The position numbers and the translations under genes are program-made. 32,000 nucleotides of DNA from Candidatus Saccharimonadota bacterium (GTDB taxonomy: Bacteria > Patescibacteriota > Gracilibacteria > UBA4473). Within the stretch, counting starts at the first letter, position 1. The number at the start of each line of letters is the position of its first letter. The stretch spans positions 300,001 through 332,000 of the forward strand of contig OY781871.1 in NCBI GenBank assembly GCA_963677105.1, read 5' to 3'. Shown piece after piece: positions 24,513 to 32,000 of the stretch. A model generated the notes under the pieces. The model saw only the letters and a program-made list of their open reading frames with translations. It did not search any database and was not told the origin of the DNA.

Positions 24513-25847
24513 TTAATCAAAATAATGTCTTCTCACTGATTCCGTGTTCGCAAATGGCTGACAAGAATCAATTTCATCGAGTAAAATATTACCAAAAGAA
24601 GTGTGTATACTTTCTCCTAATTTTTCACGCAATACTTCGTTTTTTTCAAAGAAAGAAAATGCTTCCCATAATGTACGAGGCAAAAGCTCTAGGTTTCTCG
24701 ATTGCAATTCCTTTCGGTTTAATGCATATAAATTTTCATCATAAAATCCATCAAATGATAATTCTTTTTTCAATCCATCTAATCCTGTTGCAATAAATCC
24801 TGCAGCCAAAAGATACGGATTCGCCATCGGGTCTGGAAAACGAAATTCTGCACGAATAGCTTTTGACCAAAGTTTGTCATCCGCAACTGCAGGAATACGA
24901 CATAATGCTGAACGATTACAATCTCCCATTGCCACAACACACGGCGCTTCAAATCCTGGGACTAATCGAGCATAAGAAACTTCTGTTGGGTTTGCAATCG
25001 CTGTTAATGAACGAGAATGTAATAAAATTCCTGTTGAAAATTGAAGCGCTTTTTTTGAAAAATTTTTAAATTCCGTTCGTTTCGAATCATAAAATAAATT
25101 ACCTGTTTCATTTCCAACAGAAATATGACAATGCATTCCTGATCCATTTCGTGTTGGATATGGTTTTGGCAGAAACGTTACATCAAATCCGTAATTCCGT
25201 ACTACTTTATGTGAAATTAATTTAAAATACTGGATTCTGTCTGCCGTTCGTTCTGCAACATCAAATCGCCAATTTACTTCAAACTGCTCATCACCAACTT
25301 CCGCATGAGCACGTTCAACTTCAAATCCCATATTTCCAATTACACGAGCAATTTCTGCAATAAGAAAACTTTTAGGATCACGAGGATTAAAATAGTTTGA
25401 ATTTCCTCCATTCGCTGTTCCGACATATTCTTTTTTTTCTATAAAAAAGGCTTCTGGCTCTGCTCCCATCATCATTTGTCCACCATTCCAAACTTTGGCT
25501 AACTCATTTTGTAATTTCTGCAATTGACTTCGCGCACAATTGGAATGTGGTTTTCCTTTTGTATCAATAATGTCACAAATAATCCAAAACTCTGTTTTAT
25601 CAATATCTGCAATCGATTCATCTACTTTCACTAAAGTTCGTGGATCTCCTTTCAAAATCGAATCACTCGAATTTATGTCATTCACTCCTATAAAACTAGA
25701 TCCATCGTAGGCAACTCCTGTTGAACACAGCTCAATAAGCGTTGAAATCGGAAAAATTATTTCTCTCAAACCTCCTGATAAATCTGTTACTAATGCCTTT
25801 AAAATAGCATCTTGTTGTGCTGCGTCTTCAATTGAAAATTCTCCCAT
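24513..25847 (-). CDS. glnA: Glutamine synthetase family protein (type I-like)
   Basis: Catalytic-domain motifs are AHAEVGDEQFEVNWRF, KPYPTRNGSGMHCHISV and NRSALCRIP. Start taken at the ATG at 25847 (MGEFSIED). Confidence 0.88.
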   Translation of the reverse strand: MGEFSIEDAAQQDAILKALVTDLSGGLREIIFPISTLIELCSTGVAYDGSSFIGVNDINSSDSILKGDPRTLVKVDESIADIDKTEFWIICDIIDTKGKPHSNCARSQLQKLQNELAKVWNGGQMMMGAEPEAFFIEKKEYVGTANGGNSNYFNPRDPKSFLIAEIARVIGNMGFEVERAHAEVGDEQFEVNWRFDVAERTADRIQYFKLISHKVVRNYGFDVTFLPKPYPTRNGSGMHCHISVGNETGNLFYDSKRTEFKNFSKKALQFSTGILLHSRSLTAIANPTEVSYARLVPGFEAPCVVAMGDCNRSALCRIPAVADDKLWSKAIRAEFRFPDPMANPYLLAAGFIATGLDGLKKELSFDGFYDENLYALNRKELQSRNLELLPRTLWEAFSFFEKNEVLREKLGESIHTSFGNILLDEIDSCQPFANTESVRRHYFD

Positions 25848-26013
25848 AAATGAAATAAAGATTAAAAATACGTGCAAAGTTTGGAATCATTTTCTGTCTT
25901 CGTCGAGAGAAATTTTTGGTGAAAAATAGTCTGTTAAAAAAAATTTCATACTTGATTTTTGTTTAGAAATACATAGCTTTTAATTGCTGTAGAAAAAAAT
26001 TACAACTTGCAAA

Positions 26014-26751
26014 ATGAATGAAAAAGTATTGAAACATCTTACGGACGTCGGACTTTCAGAAAAGGAGGCTTTAATTTATTTATCTACACTTGAATGTGGA
26101 ACAAGTCTCGTTTCAGTAATCGCCTCTTCTGCAAAATTTAATCGAATTACAACCTACACAATATTAGAAAAACTTCTCATACGGGGTCTCGTTACAACGT
26201 CTATTCGTGATGGAGCAAAACATTTTACTGCTGTTTCTCCAGAAATTTTTTCAGAAAGTATTCGCCAACGAGCCAAACGATTAGAAAAATCTGTTCCTCA
26301 TCTTCTCGCTCTTGCCGGGGACAACAACGCTCGTCCTATTGTACAAATGTTTGAAGGATTAACAGGCGTAAAACGAGCTTATAAAGAGACATTTCAGTCG
26401 TCTGGAGAAATACTTAATTTTGCAAACTCAAAAGGTCTCCGCGAAAACTGGCCGGAATACGACATAGAATATGTAGCCGAACGTGCACGAAGAAAAATAT
26501 TTCTTAGAGGAATAGCTCCCGATGACAAACCAGGAAAATTAGTACAAAATGAAAATGAAAAATTTTATCGAGAAATACGCTTACTTCCACAAAAGAAATT
26601 CGAAGTCGAGAATGAAATTAATATTTTCGATGACAAGCTTCTCATTACATCATTCGAACCAAAAGTATTTGCGATTTTAATTCAATCACAAGCAGTCGCT
26701 GACACTCAACGACAAATATTTGAAATGATGTGGAAATTTTGTGAGAAGTAG
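26014..26751 (+). CDS. TrmB-family transcriptional regulator
   Basis: The N-terminal winged HTH is LTDVGLSEKEALIYLSTLECGTSLVSVIASSAKFNRITTYTILEKLLIRGLV. The C-terminal domain has TrmB-like length. It is divergent from the glnA-like gene. Confidence 0.8.
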   Translation: MNEKVLKHLTDVGLSEKEALIYLSTLECGTSLVSVIASSAKFNRITTYTILEKLLIRGLVTTSIRDGAKHFTAVSPEIFSESIRQRAKRLEKSVPHLLALAGDNNARPIVQMFEGLTGVKRAYKETFQSSGEILNFANSKGLRENWPEYDIEYVAERARRKIFLRGIAPDDKPGKLVQNENEKFYREIRLLPQKKFEVENEINIFDDKLLITSFEPKVFAILIQSQAVADTQRQIFEMMWKFCEK

Positions 26752-26781
26752 AGAATGTTTTATAAATAGTACTTGACGATC

Positions 26782-26802
26782 GGGGCATCCTACTACCGCC
26801 CC
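26782..26802. terminator. GC hairpin between convergent genes (GGGGC-N11-GCCCC)
   Basis: This is the only GC-rich element in the 70-bp gap between the TrmB-like gene and the 201-aa ORF. There is no clear U-tract on either strand. Confidence 0.3.
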
Positions 26803-26820
26803 TTAAAAAACTTCAGTAAA

Positions 26821-27426
26821 TTATTCTTTTGGTAACAGGATTGACCACTTTATTCCTTCAAAAACATTCAGCCTTTGAAGAAAATCAATAACTTCTTCTT
26901 GTATTATAACTTCTTTATGATTCTCTATAATTATTGAGTAATCCTTGTTGTTTCTTTTATCTAAACCAACCTGTATGTTTTCATGCCCTTTGAGATCTTG
27001 AAAATATATTTCCAAAATGTCTCTCATGAATTCATAGAAAAGGTCTCCTTGTTGAATTTTTGAAATTTGTTTTTGAGTAATGAAATGGAGAAAAAACCCA
27101 ACCTTTTCATTTAAACAAACATCTAATATTGATTCTTTCTTATCCTGACACATGCTTATCATATGGAAACGCTGCAAGAAAAACTCAAGTTCTTCTATAT
27201 CAATATGTGCTTTAATGTTAAGTATTATTCCATAGTAGTCGTTCACACAAATTCGTTTTTTGTATTTACCGGACAATTCGAATTTTACTTTTTCATTCGA
27301 TATATACTGAAAATATATGTTCAGTAATTTAGTTACAAAGGTTAACGGTTTTAAAAATTCCCTTTCTGTGTCTTCTTGGACACGAAATATCGATGCAATT
27401 CTTTTTCTGTATTCCCATTTGTTCAT
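26821..27426 (-). CDS. Hypothetical protein (201 aa), last gene of orphan operon
   Basis: It is a long ORF in AT-rich DNA. A strong SD (GAGGGAGGAATA-ATG) sits inside the upstream gene, and a TAATG stop/start overlap couples it to that gene. I recognise no family. Confidence 0.6.
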   Translation of the reverse strand: MNKWEYRKRIASIFRVQEDTEREFLKPLTFVTKLLNIYFQYISNEKVKFELSGKYKKRICVNDYYGIILNIKAHIDIEELEFFLQRFHMISMCQDKKESILDVCLNEKVGFFLHFITQKQISKIQQGDLFYEFMRDILEIYFQDLKGHENIQVGLDKRNNKDYSIIIENHKEVIIQEEVIDFLQRLNVFEGIKWSILLPKE

Positions 27427-27800
27427 TATTCCTCCCTCAACATTTCCATTTCACAATTGTGTTCTTTTAAAAGTGTTCCCATTTCTCTTTCATCAAAATC
27501 AATAACATTGATTTCTTTTAACGAAAGTACCGCAACATTTCTAATGACATCATTAATCAAATCTATGACCTTTGTTATCTCCTCAAAATTTCCTGTAAGG
27601 ACAAGTTGAGTTCCATCCTCTTTTACATTAACTTGATTTTCAAACATCTTCTTCAACACTGCATTTCCATTTCTGTGAGAAATAGTTATAGATTGTTCTC
27701 CTTTTAATTTTTTTGATTTCACTAAATACAAAAAAATTTTATAGGGATCACCATTTTCTCTTCCTTTCTGAATCTTTACTTTTGTTACTTTTTTTCCCAT
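27426..27800 (-). CDS. Hypothetical protein (124 aa), orphan operon
   Basis: Start taken at ATG 27800 (MGKKVTKVKIQ), preceded by AAAGGAGGAAGA. I recognise no family. Confidence 0.6.
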   Translation of the reverse strand: MGKKVTKVKIQKGRENGDPYKIFLYLVKSKKLKGEQSITISHRNGNAVLKKMFENQVNVKEDGTQLVLTGNFEEITKVIDLINDVIRNVAVLSLKEINVIDFDEREMGTLLKEHNCEMEMLREE

Positions 27801-27866
27801 TCTTCCTCCTTTTTCATTGAAGTAATCGGGGACAACTAAATGTCCCCACAAGTGTACAAGTTCTAA

Positions 27867-28028
27867 CTAGTGATTAATCCACCAGTTATCAATTGCTTTT
27901 TCTCTTCTTTTTTCTCTTTTTTCTTCTTCACAGTCTGGACAAAATCTTCCATTGTAGTGCCCATGTTTTCTACACCACTTTTACTGATCAATTAATTGTG
28001 CTTGTTCTTTTTTTTGAATTCGACTCAC
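27867..28028 (-). other. SD-led mini-ORF (15 codons) + in-frame TAA + 37-codon Zn-ribbon-like frame
   Basis: The minus strand reads AAGGAGGGTATT-GTG, then SRIQKKEQAQLIDQ-TAA, then KWCRKHGHYNGRFCPDCEEEKREKRREKAIDNWWINH-TAG, all in one frame. There is no ATG, GTG or TTG in that frame after the TAA. Confidence 0.3.
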
Positions 28029-28110
28029 AATACCCTCCTTTCTTAAAACTCATTAAAGCAACTTTTTCAGTTTGATTTTGAATTTAAAGCAGAAATAACC
28101 CTTTATGTTG

Positions 28111-28139
28111 AAAAAATTCGGGAATACAAAAGTATTCCC
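28111..28139 (-). terminator. Rho-independent terminator/attenuator after the 97-aa gene
   Basis: The minus strand has GGGAATAC-tttt-GTATTCCC, a perfect 8-bp stem, followed by GAATTTTTT. The hairpin starts about 10 nt after the stop. Confidence 0.6.
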
Positions 28140-28148
28140 TAACTACAC

Positions 28149-28442
28149 TTATGACATTAATACTTTGACAATTAACATGTTTCTTTTCTCCGAATCCATA
28201 TGAAATTCGGCCTTGATGTTCATTCTTTCTAAAACCTTAGTTATATCCTGTTCACATTCTTTCATAGTATGTGAACAACAACGAACCCATATTTTACTAT
28301 CATACTCTTCAACGACGAAGTTGCCTTTGTTGTACCCAGGCATTCCAAAATAAAACATCAAACGCAAGACCTCTAAAACAAATTCAACTAATTTCTTTCC
28401 CCCTAACTCCTTGATCTCATTTCCTGTGACGATAATTTTCAT
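28149..28442 (-). CDS. Hypothetical protein (97 aa), first gene of orphan operon
   Basis: The ORF is preceded by an SD (ATAGGAGAAATTAT-ATG) and followed by a strong terminator. I recognise no family. Confidence 0.55.
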   Translation of the reverse strand: MKIIVTGNEIKELGGKKLVEFVLEVLRLMFYFGMPGYNKGNFVVEEYDSKIWVRCCSHTMKECEQDITKVLERMNIKAEFHMDSEKRNMLIVKVLMS

Positions 28443-28630
28443 AATTTCTCCTATTTTTTTTTATTTATCATAATTTCCCTTTTAAAAAAGGGCGCCTCTT
28501 TCCCAAACATAGAAAGACTAAATCTCCAATCTCACCATGATTGGAAAAGAAGCTTATTTATAAACATTCTCCGACTTCTCAAAGATCAGATTTTCTGAAT
28601 TTTTTTCAAAAGAACAGAAAATACTGTGGT

Positions 28631-28659
28631 CTTTTACATCAAATTAATTAATTCGTCAA
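28631..28659 (-). promoter_or_regulatory. Weak candidate promoter for the orphan operon (TTGACG-N17-TAAAAG)
   Basis: On the minus strand, the -35 is good and the -10 is poor. It would give a ~190-nt leader containing several small hairpins. Confidence 0.25.
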
Positions 28660-28675
28660 TGCATTGTGAATTACT

Positions 28676-28700
28676 AAAAAAACCCTGAAAATAATTTCAG
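28676..28700 (-). terminator. Terminator after the 63-aa ORF
   Basis: The minus strand has CTGAAA-ttat-TTTCAG followed by GGTTTTTTT. The stem is short and AU-rich. Confidence 0.45.
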
Positions 28701-28730
28701 AGCTCTTTATTATTGTGCTTTTTTCTGCAC

Positions 28731-28922
28731 TTAATCTTTCTTTTTATCGAGAACAAGAGCAACTCCTCCTGCTGCTGTTTCCTTAATTTTATTGCTTTTC
28801 TCACAGAATACTTCTGTTGGAATATCTGGATTTCCTAAATCTTCTATTAATTGTTTTCCTTCTTCTGTAAGCGTTCCTACTCCTTCACCTGTTAATGATG
28901 GTTGTTTATCTAAACCTGACAT
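28731..28922 (-). CDS. Hypothetical small protein (63 aa)
   Basis: Support is the ORF and a downstream terminator only. It has no SD and no recognisable family. Confidence 0.3.
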   Translation of the reverse strand: MSGLDKQPSLTGEGVGTLTEEGKQLIEDLGNPDIPTEVFCEKSNKIKETAAGGVALVLDKKKD

Positions 28923-29034
28923 TATACTATTTTTAAAAGGTAATTAACTGATACTGATTTTTCTTCATTTATCAAAACAAAATTAAAAATATTTTCTTGC
29001 TTCACAACAAAATCTATTTAAATTGACTGTAAAA

Positions 29035-29544
29035 ATGTCTTCTATTTATTTTATTGGATTTCGAGCGAGCGGAAAAACTTCTCTTGGAGAATCTGTTTCT
29101 AAAATATTAGAAATTCCGTTTTATGATCTTGACCATATATTTGAAGAACGATTTGGAAATATTTCCGAATACGTAACAAAAAATGGTTGGGAACATTTTC
29201 GTGAAAAAGAGACTAGACTTCTACAGGAATATAAAAATACTCCTGCAATTATTGCTACAGGTGGAGGAATTATTGAATCACAAGAAAACAGAAATTTTCT
29301 CCAGAAATCTGCTTCGATTTTCATACACGCTCCGATTGAAATTCTCACAAATCGCCTTTCTTCTACTGAAAATAATCGACCAAGATTGATTCCAAATATT
29401 TCTCCGGAAGAAGAAATTATTCAGACATATACAAAAAGACTTCCTTTGTATGAATCCGTTTCTGAACTTCAATTCGTGCCGACTGGAAAGTTGGAAAATG
29501 ATGCGAGAAACTTAGCAAAACAAATTCAAACTTCTGTTTTATAA
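29035..29544 (+). CDS. aroK: Shikimate kinase
   Basis: The P-loop is IYFIGFRASGKTSLG. It also has YDLDHIFEERFG, REKETRLL and IATGGGII. Start at ATG 29035. Confidence 0.9.
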   Translation: MSSIYFIGFRASGKTSLGESVSKILEIPFYDLDHIFEERFGNISEYVTKNGWEHFREKETRLLQEYKNTPAIIATGGGIIESQENRNFLQKSASIFIHAPIEILTNRLSSTENNRPRLIPNISPEEEIIQTYTKRLPLYESVSELQFVPTGKLENDARNLAKQIQTSVL

Positions 29545-30521
29545 ACAAACACCTTTCCAAGTGTTTCTGGAAGAATCAGTGAAATTGTTTCTCCTGAACG
29601 TTTTTTATCAGATTTGAAAACTTCCCATAACTGATCACGAGAATAAGGACATTCTTGGGGAAATAATTTTCGAACGCATTTTTTTATTCGCTCAACCGAT
29701 TCTGATTTCATTTTTCCGAGAGAACAAGAATATTCTGCTGCAAACATTAATCCGTGCGCAATCGCTTCTCCATGAGAAATTTCGTATTCAGAAAGCGTTT
29801 CTATCGCATGACCAAACGTATGTCCTAAATTTAATTTCATTCTTTCTCCCGATTTTTCTTTTTTATCCCGCATAACAATATTTAATTTTATTGCCTGCGA
29901 ATCTTTTATAAAAGGAATAATATCTCTCCATGTAAATCCTTGATTTATAATTTTTTCTAATGCTGAAAAATGTTTTTCTGATGCAATAATTCCATGTTTC
30001 AACATTTCTGCTAAACCATTTTTTATTTCTGCCTCTGGAAGTGTTTCCAAAAATTCTGTGCAAATTTCAACACTCACAGGAGTATAAAATGTTCCAAGTT
30101 GGTTTTTTCCATGAGCTGTATTCACGCCAGTTTTCGCTCCGATTGAAGCATCTACCATTCCTAACAATGAAGTTGGAACGAGAAGAACATCAATTCCTCG
30201 CTGATATATACTCGCGACAAACGCTGTAATATCCGTAACTATTCCTCCTCCAACACCAATTAATAAACTCTTTCGATCCATTCCTTGCTCTGCCATTTTC
30301 TGAGAAATATGCAAAGCTGTTTTCATGTTTTTATTTTTTTCTCCTGGTGAAATTTGAAGTATTGAAACTGATTTCAAAGACGTAAAAATTTCTCTTTGAG
30401 CCGTATATACATTTTCATCTGTTATACAAATTACCTGCGTGTATTTTGCAGAAACTTTTGCCAAATATTTTTGCAAATCCTTTTTGTTCTCGTGCCAATG
30501 AACAGGAGAAACTTCTTTCAT
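29526..30521 (-). CDS. aroB: 3-dehydroquinate synthase
   Basis: [57 protein letters not shown] and [12 protein letters not shown]. Confidence 0.92.
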   Translation of the reverse strand: MKEVSPVHWHENKKDLQKYLAKVSAKYTQVICITDENVYTAQREIFTSLKSVSILQISPGEKNKNMKTALHISQKMAEQGMDRKSLLIGVGGGIVTDITAFVASIYQRGIDVLLVPTSLLGMVDASIGAKTGVNTAHGKNQLGTFYTPVSVEICTEFLETLPEAEIKNGLAEMLKHGIIASEKHFSALEKIINQGFTWRDIIPFIKDSQAIKLNIVMRDKKEKSGERMKLNLGHTFGHAIETLSEYEISHGEAIAHGLMFAAEYSCSLGKMKSESVERIKKCVRKLFPQECPYSRDQLWEVFKSDKKRSGETISLILPETLGKVFVYKTEV

Positions 30522-31534
30522 TTAATTGGGGATGTTGTAGCTCGTGATCGAAGAACATGATCAAGCAATACATGCGCACACATTGCTTCTACAATTGGAA
30601 CTGCTCGAAATACAACACATGGATCATGTCGTCCTCCAGGGTTTTCAAGTGTAACTTCTTCTCCGTTTTTATTTACTGTTTGCTGTAATTTTTGAATAGT
30701 TGATGCCGGTTTAAACGCTACACGAAAAACAATGTCTTCGCCGTTAGAAATCCCACCAAGAATTCCTCCTGCATTATTCGTAAGAAAAACGGATTTTCCC
30801 TGCTTCATTTCCATTTCATCATTATGTTCACTTCCTTTCATACGAGCAGACGCAAATCCACTTCCAATTTCAAATCCTTTTGTCGCTGGAATACTCAGCA
30901 TCGCTTTTGCTAAATCTGCTTCTAAACGATCAAAAACTGGAGCACCTAAACCAATTGGAATATTTTTCACTCTACATTCAATAATTCCTCCCACGCTATC
31001 TCCTTCTTTTTTTGCTTGTAAAATGGCTTCCTTTTGTGCTTCTGGAGAAATTTCTCCACCTATTTCTTGTATCTGTGAATCTATTTGTATGTCATGCCAT
31101 TGTTGCAATATCTGTTGCGCAAACGCTCCCGAAACAACTCGTGCAACCGTTTCGCGCGCACTTGATCGTCCTCCTCCACTTTCTGCACAAATTCCATATT
31201 TCATTTGGTATGTGTAATCCGCGTGTCCTGGACGAAATATGTCTTGCAACGCGTCATAATCTTCAGATTTAATATCAGTATTTCGTACCAAAAATCCTAT
31301 CGACGTTCCAAGCGTTGTATTTCCTCGAAATCCTGACAAAATTTCTAAACGATCTTTTTCGTTTCGCGAAGTAGTCAATTCACTTTTTCCTGGACGTCGA
31401 CTATCAAGTTCTTTTTGCACAAGATCTAAATCGATTTTTATTCCCGCTGGAATTCCATCAATTATTCCACCAATGGCTGCTCCATGAGATTCTCCAAAAC
31501 TCGTAATTCGATACAAAAGTCCGAAACTGTTCAT
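30518..31534 (-). CDS. aroC: Chorismate synthase
   Basis: [34 protein letters not shown] and GGRHDPCVV. Confidence 0.95.
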   Translation of the reverse strand: MNSFGLLYRITSFGESHGAAIGGIIDGIPAGIKIDLDLVQKELDSRRPGKSELTTSRNEKDRLEILSGFRGNTTLGTSIGFLVRNTDIKSEDYDALQDIFRPGHADYTYQMKYGICAESGGGRSSARETVARVVSGAFAQQILQQWHDIQIDSQIQEIGGEISPEAQKEAILQAKKEGDSVGGIIECRVKNIPIGLGAPVFDRLEADLAKAMLSIPATKGFEIGSGFASARMKGSEHNDEMEMKQGKSVFLTNNAGGILGGISNGEDIVFRVAFKPASTIQKLQQTVNKNGEEVTLENPGGRHDPCVVFRAVPIVEAMCAHVLLDHVLRSRATTSPIK

Positions 31535-32000
31535 TCTAAAAGTTGTTTAAGAATCGCTACGTCAATCTGTCCAGATGCTATCACATGCTCTCGTGAGCTT
31601 GCAAACGTTCCAAATCCAAGCGTCGCAGAAAGAAGTCGCGCCACTTTTCCCATTCGTCCCATTCCCATCAAAAACCATTTTTCTGTTGGTAAATCTTTCG
31701 TGAGTTTCGCGAGGGAAAGAAGATCGTCGAGCGTTTCCTGTTCCACAGACAATTTATAATATTTCGCATTATGAAGCTTCATTTCCTCAATCACTTGTTT
31801 TAATTTCGAACGAGAAAATTCTCCATACTGATGATAGGAAAGCATTGTGTTTTGAGAGGAAATTTCTGAAATATTTTCAATGTCCGTGTTGATGAGATCA
31901 AATTCTGAACATTCAATCTCTTCCTCTGATCGATTCGTAAACAAAACAATCGCTTCTGCAGGAAAAAGAGAACGAAATGAAATCCCTTCCTTTAAAATCT
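31531..32000 (-). CDS. aroD: 3-dehydroquinate dehydratase, type I (N-terminus lies beyond the window)
   Basis: The frame stays open upstream of the TTG at 31944 all the way to nt 32000. YYKLSV carries the Schiff-base Lys context, and the tail is ...[25 protein letters not shown]...ASGQIDV. It overlaps aroC by ATGA. Confidence 0.78.
   Translation of the reverse strand, partial: ILKEGISFRSLFPAEAIVLFTNRSEEEIECSEFDLINTDIENISEISSQNTMLSYHQYGEFSRSKLKQVIEEMKLHNAKYYKLSVEQETLDDLLSLAKLTKDLPTEKWFLMGMGRMGKVARLLSATLGFGTFASSREHVIASGQIDVAILKQLLE

Noticed and set aside
25848-25877. Ten extra N-terminal codons on the glnA-like gene (MHVFLIFISF)
   Set aside because: The extension uses a non-ATG start. The ATG at 25847 gives a normal glutamine synthetase N-terminus.
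26821-27800. Possible partner-switching module: the 124-aa protein as STAS-like (LVLTGNFEE...VLSLKEINVIDFDEREMGTLL) and the 201-aa protein as a degenerate RsbW/SpoIIAB-like GHKL fold (IQVGLDKRNNKDYSIIIENHKEV)
   Set aside because: The resemblance is short and pattern-level. It lacks the diagnostic DSSG phospho-site and the N, G1 and G2 ATP-binding boxes. This is too weak to annotate without profile or structure comparison, so it is kept only as a hypothesis to test.
27895-27935. Pyrimidine-rich low-complexity run (ttttctcttcttttttctcttttttcttcttc)
   Set aside because: It is the antisense of a Lys/Glu/Arg-rich coding stretch in the mini-ORF region, not a repeat array or a regulatory polypyrimidine tract.
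1-32000. Alternative genetic code (UGA recoding, as in some candidate phyla)
   Set aside because: Conserved genes end at TGA at their expected lengths (metK, yidD, rpsQ with an ATGA overlap onto rplN). No conserved gene is broken by in-frame TGA.
1-32000. CRISPR arrays, IS elements, integrases, prophage hallmarks, rRNA
   Set aside because: I found no spaced direct repeats, no terminal inverted repeats flanking the orphan operon, and no transposase- or recombinase-like ORF. The tRNA genes are not adjacent to the orphan block.

Overview
This is an AT-rich bacterial chromosomal window (roughly one-third G+C by eye, not computed) that uses the standard genetic code: conserved genes end at TGA, TAA or TAG at their normal lengths. 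Most of it is housekeeping. It holds an S10-spc ribosomal-protein cluster (rpsJ to rpsH, 17.3-24.3 kb, minus strand), plus rplU, rplY, metK behind a SAM riboswitch, tyrS, ruvA, yidD, an RseP-like protease, RNase P RNA, tRNA-Trp(CCA) and tRNA-Arg(GCG). It also holds cell-envelope genes (LCP, MraY/WecA-like GT4, rfbD, a PAP2-polyprenol-kinase fusion), a glnA-like gene with a divergent TrmB-type regulator, and a shikimate block (aroK, aroB, aroC, aroD). Several traits are compatible with a small-genome, Patescibacteria/CPR-like organism: conserved genes lack Shine-Dalgarno motifs, ribosomal proteins carry Lys/Ala-rich tails, and there is a tandem pair of secreted proteins with VirB2/TrbC-like C-terminal hairpins. 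That placement is inference only. The most unusual locus is a minus-strand orphan operon at about 26.8-28.5 kb. It has ORFs of 97, 124 and 201 aa plus an interrupted mini-ORF, none of which I recognise, and each has a strong GGAGG-type ribosome-binding site, unlike every conserved gene I inspected. Other notable points are a repeated TTGACA-N16-TAGAAT promoter and leader module, a terminator-promoter pair splitting rpsC from rplP, a CIRCE operator on hsp20, and a G34 arginine tRNA. I saw no CRISPR array, transposase, integrase or rRNA.
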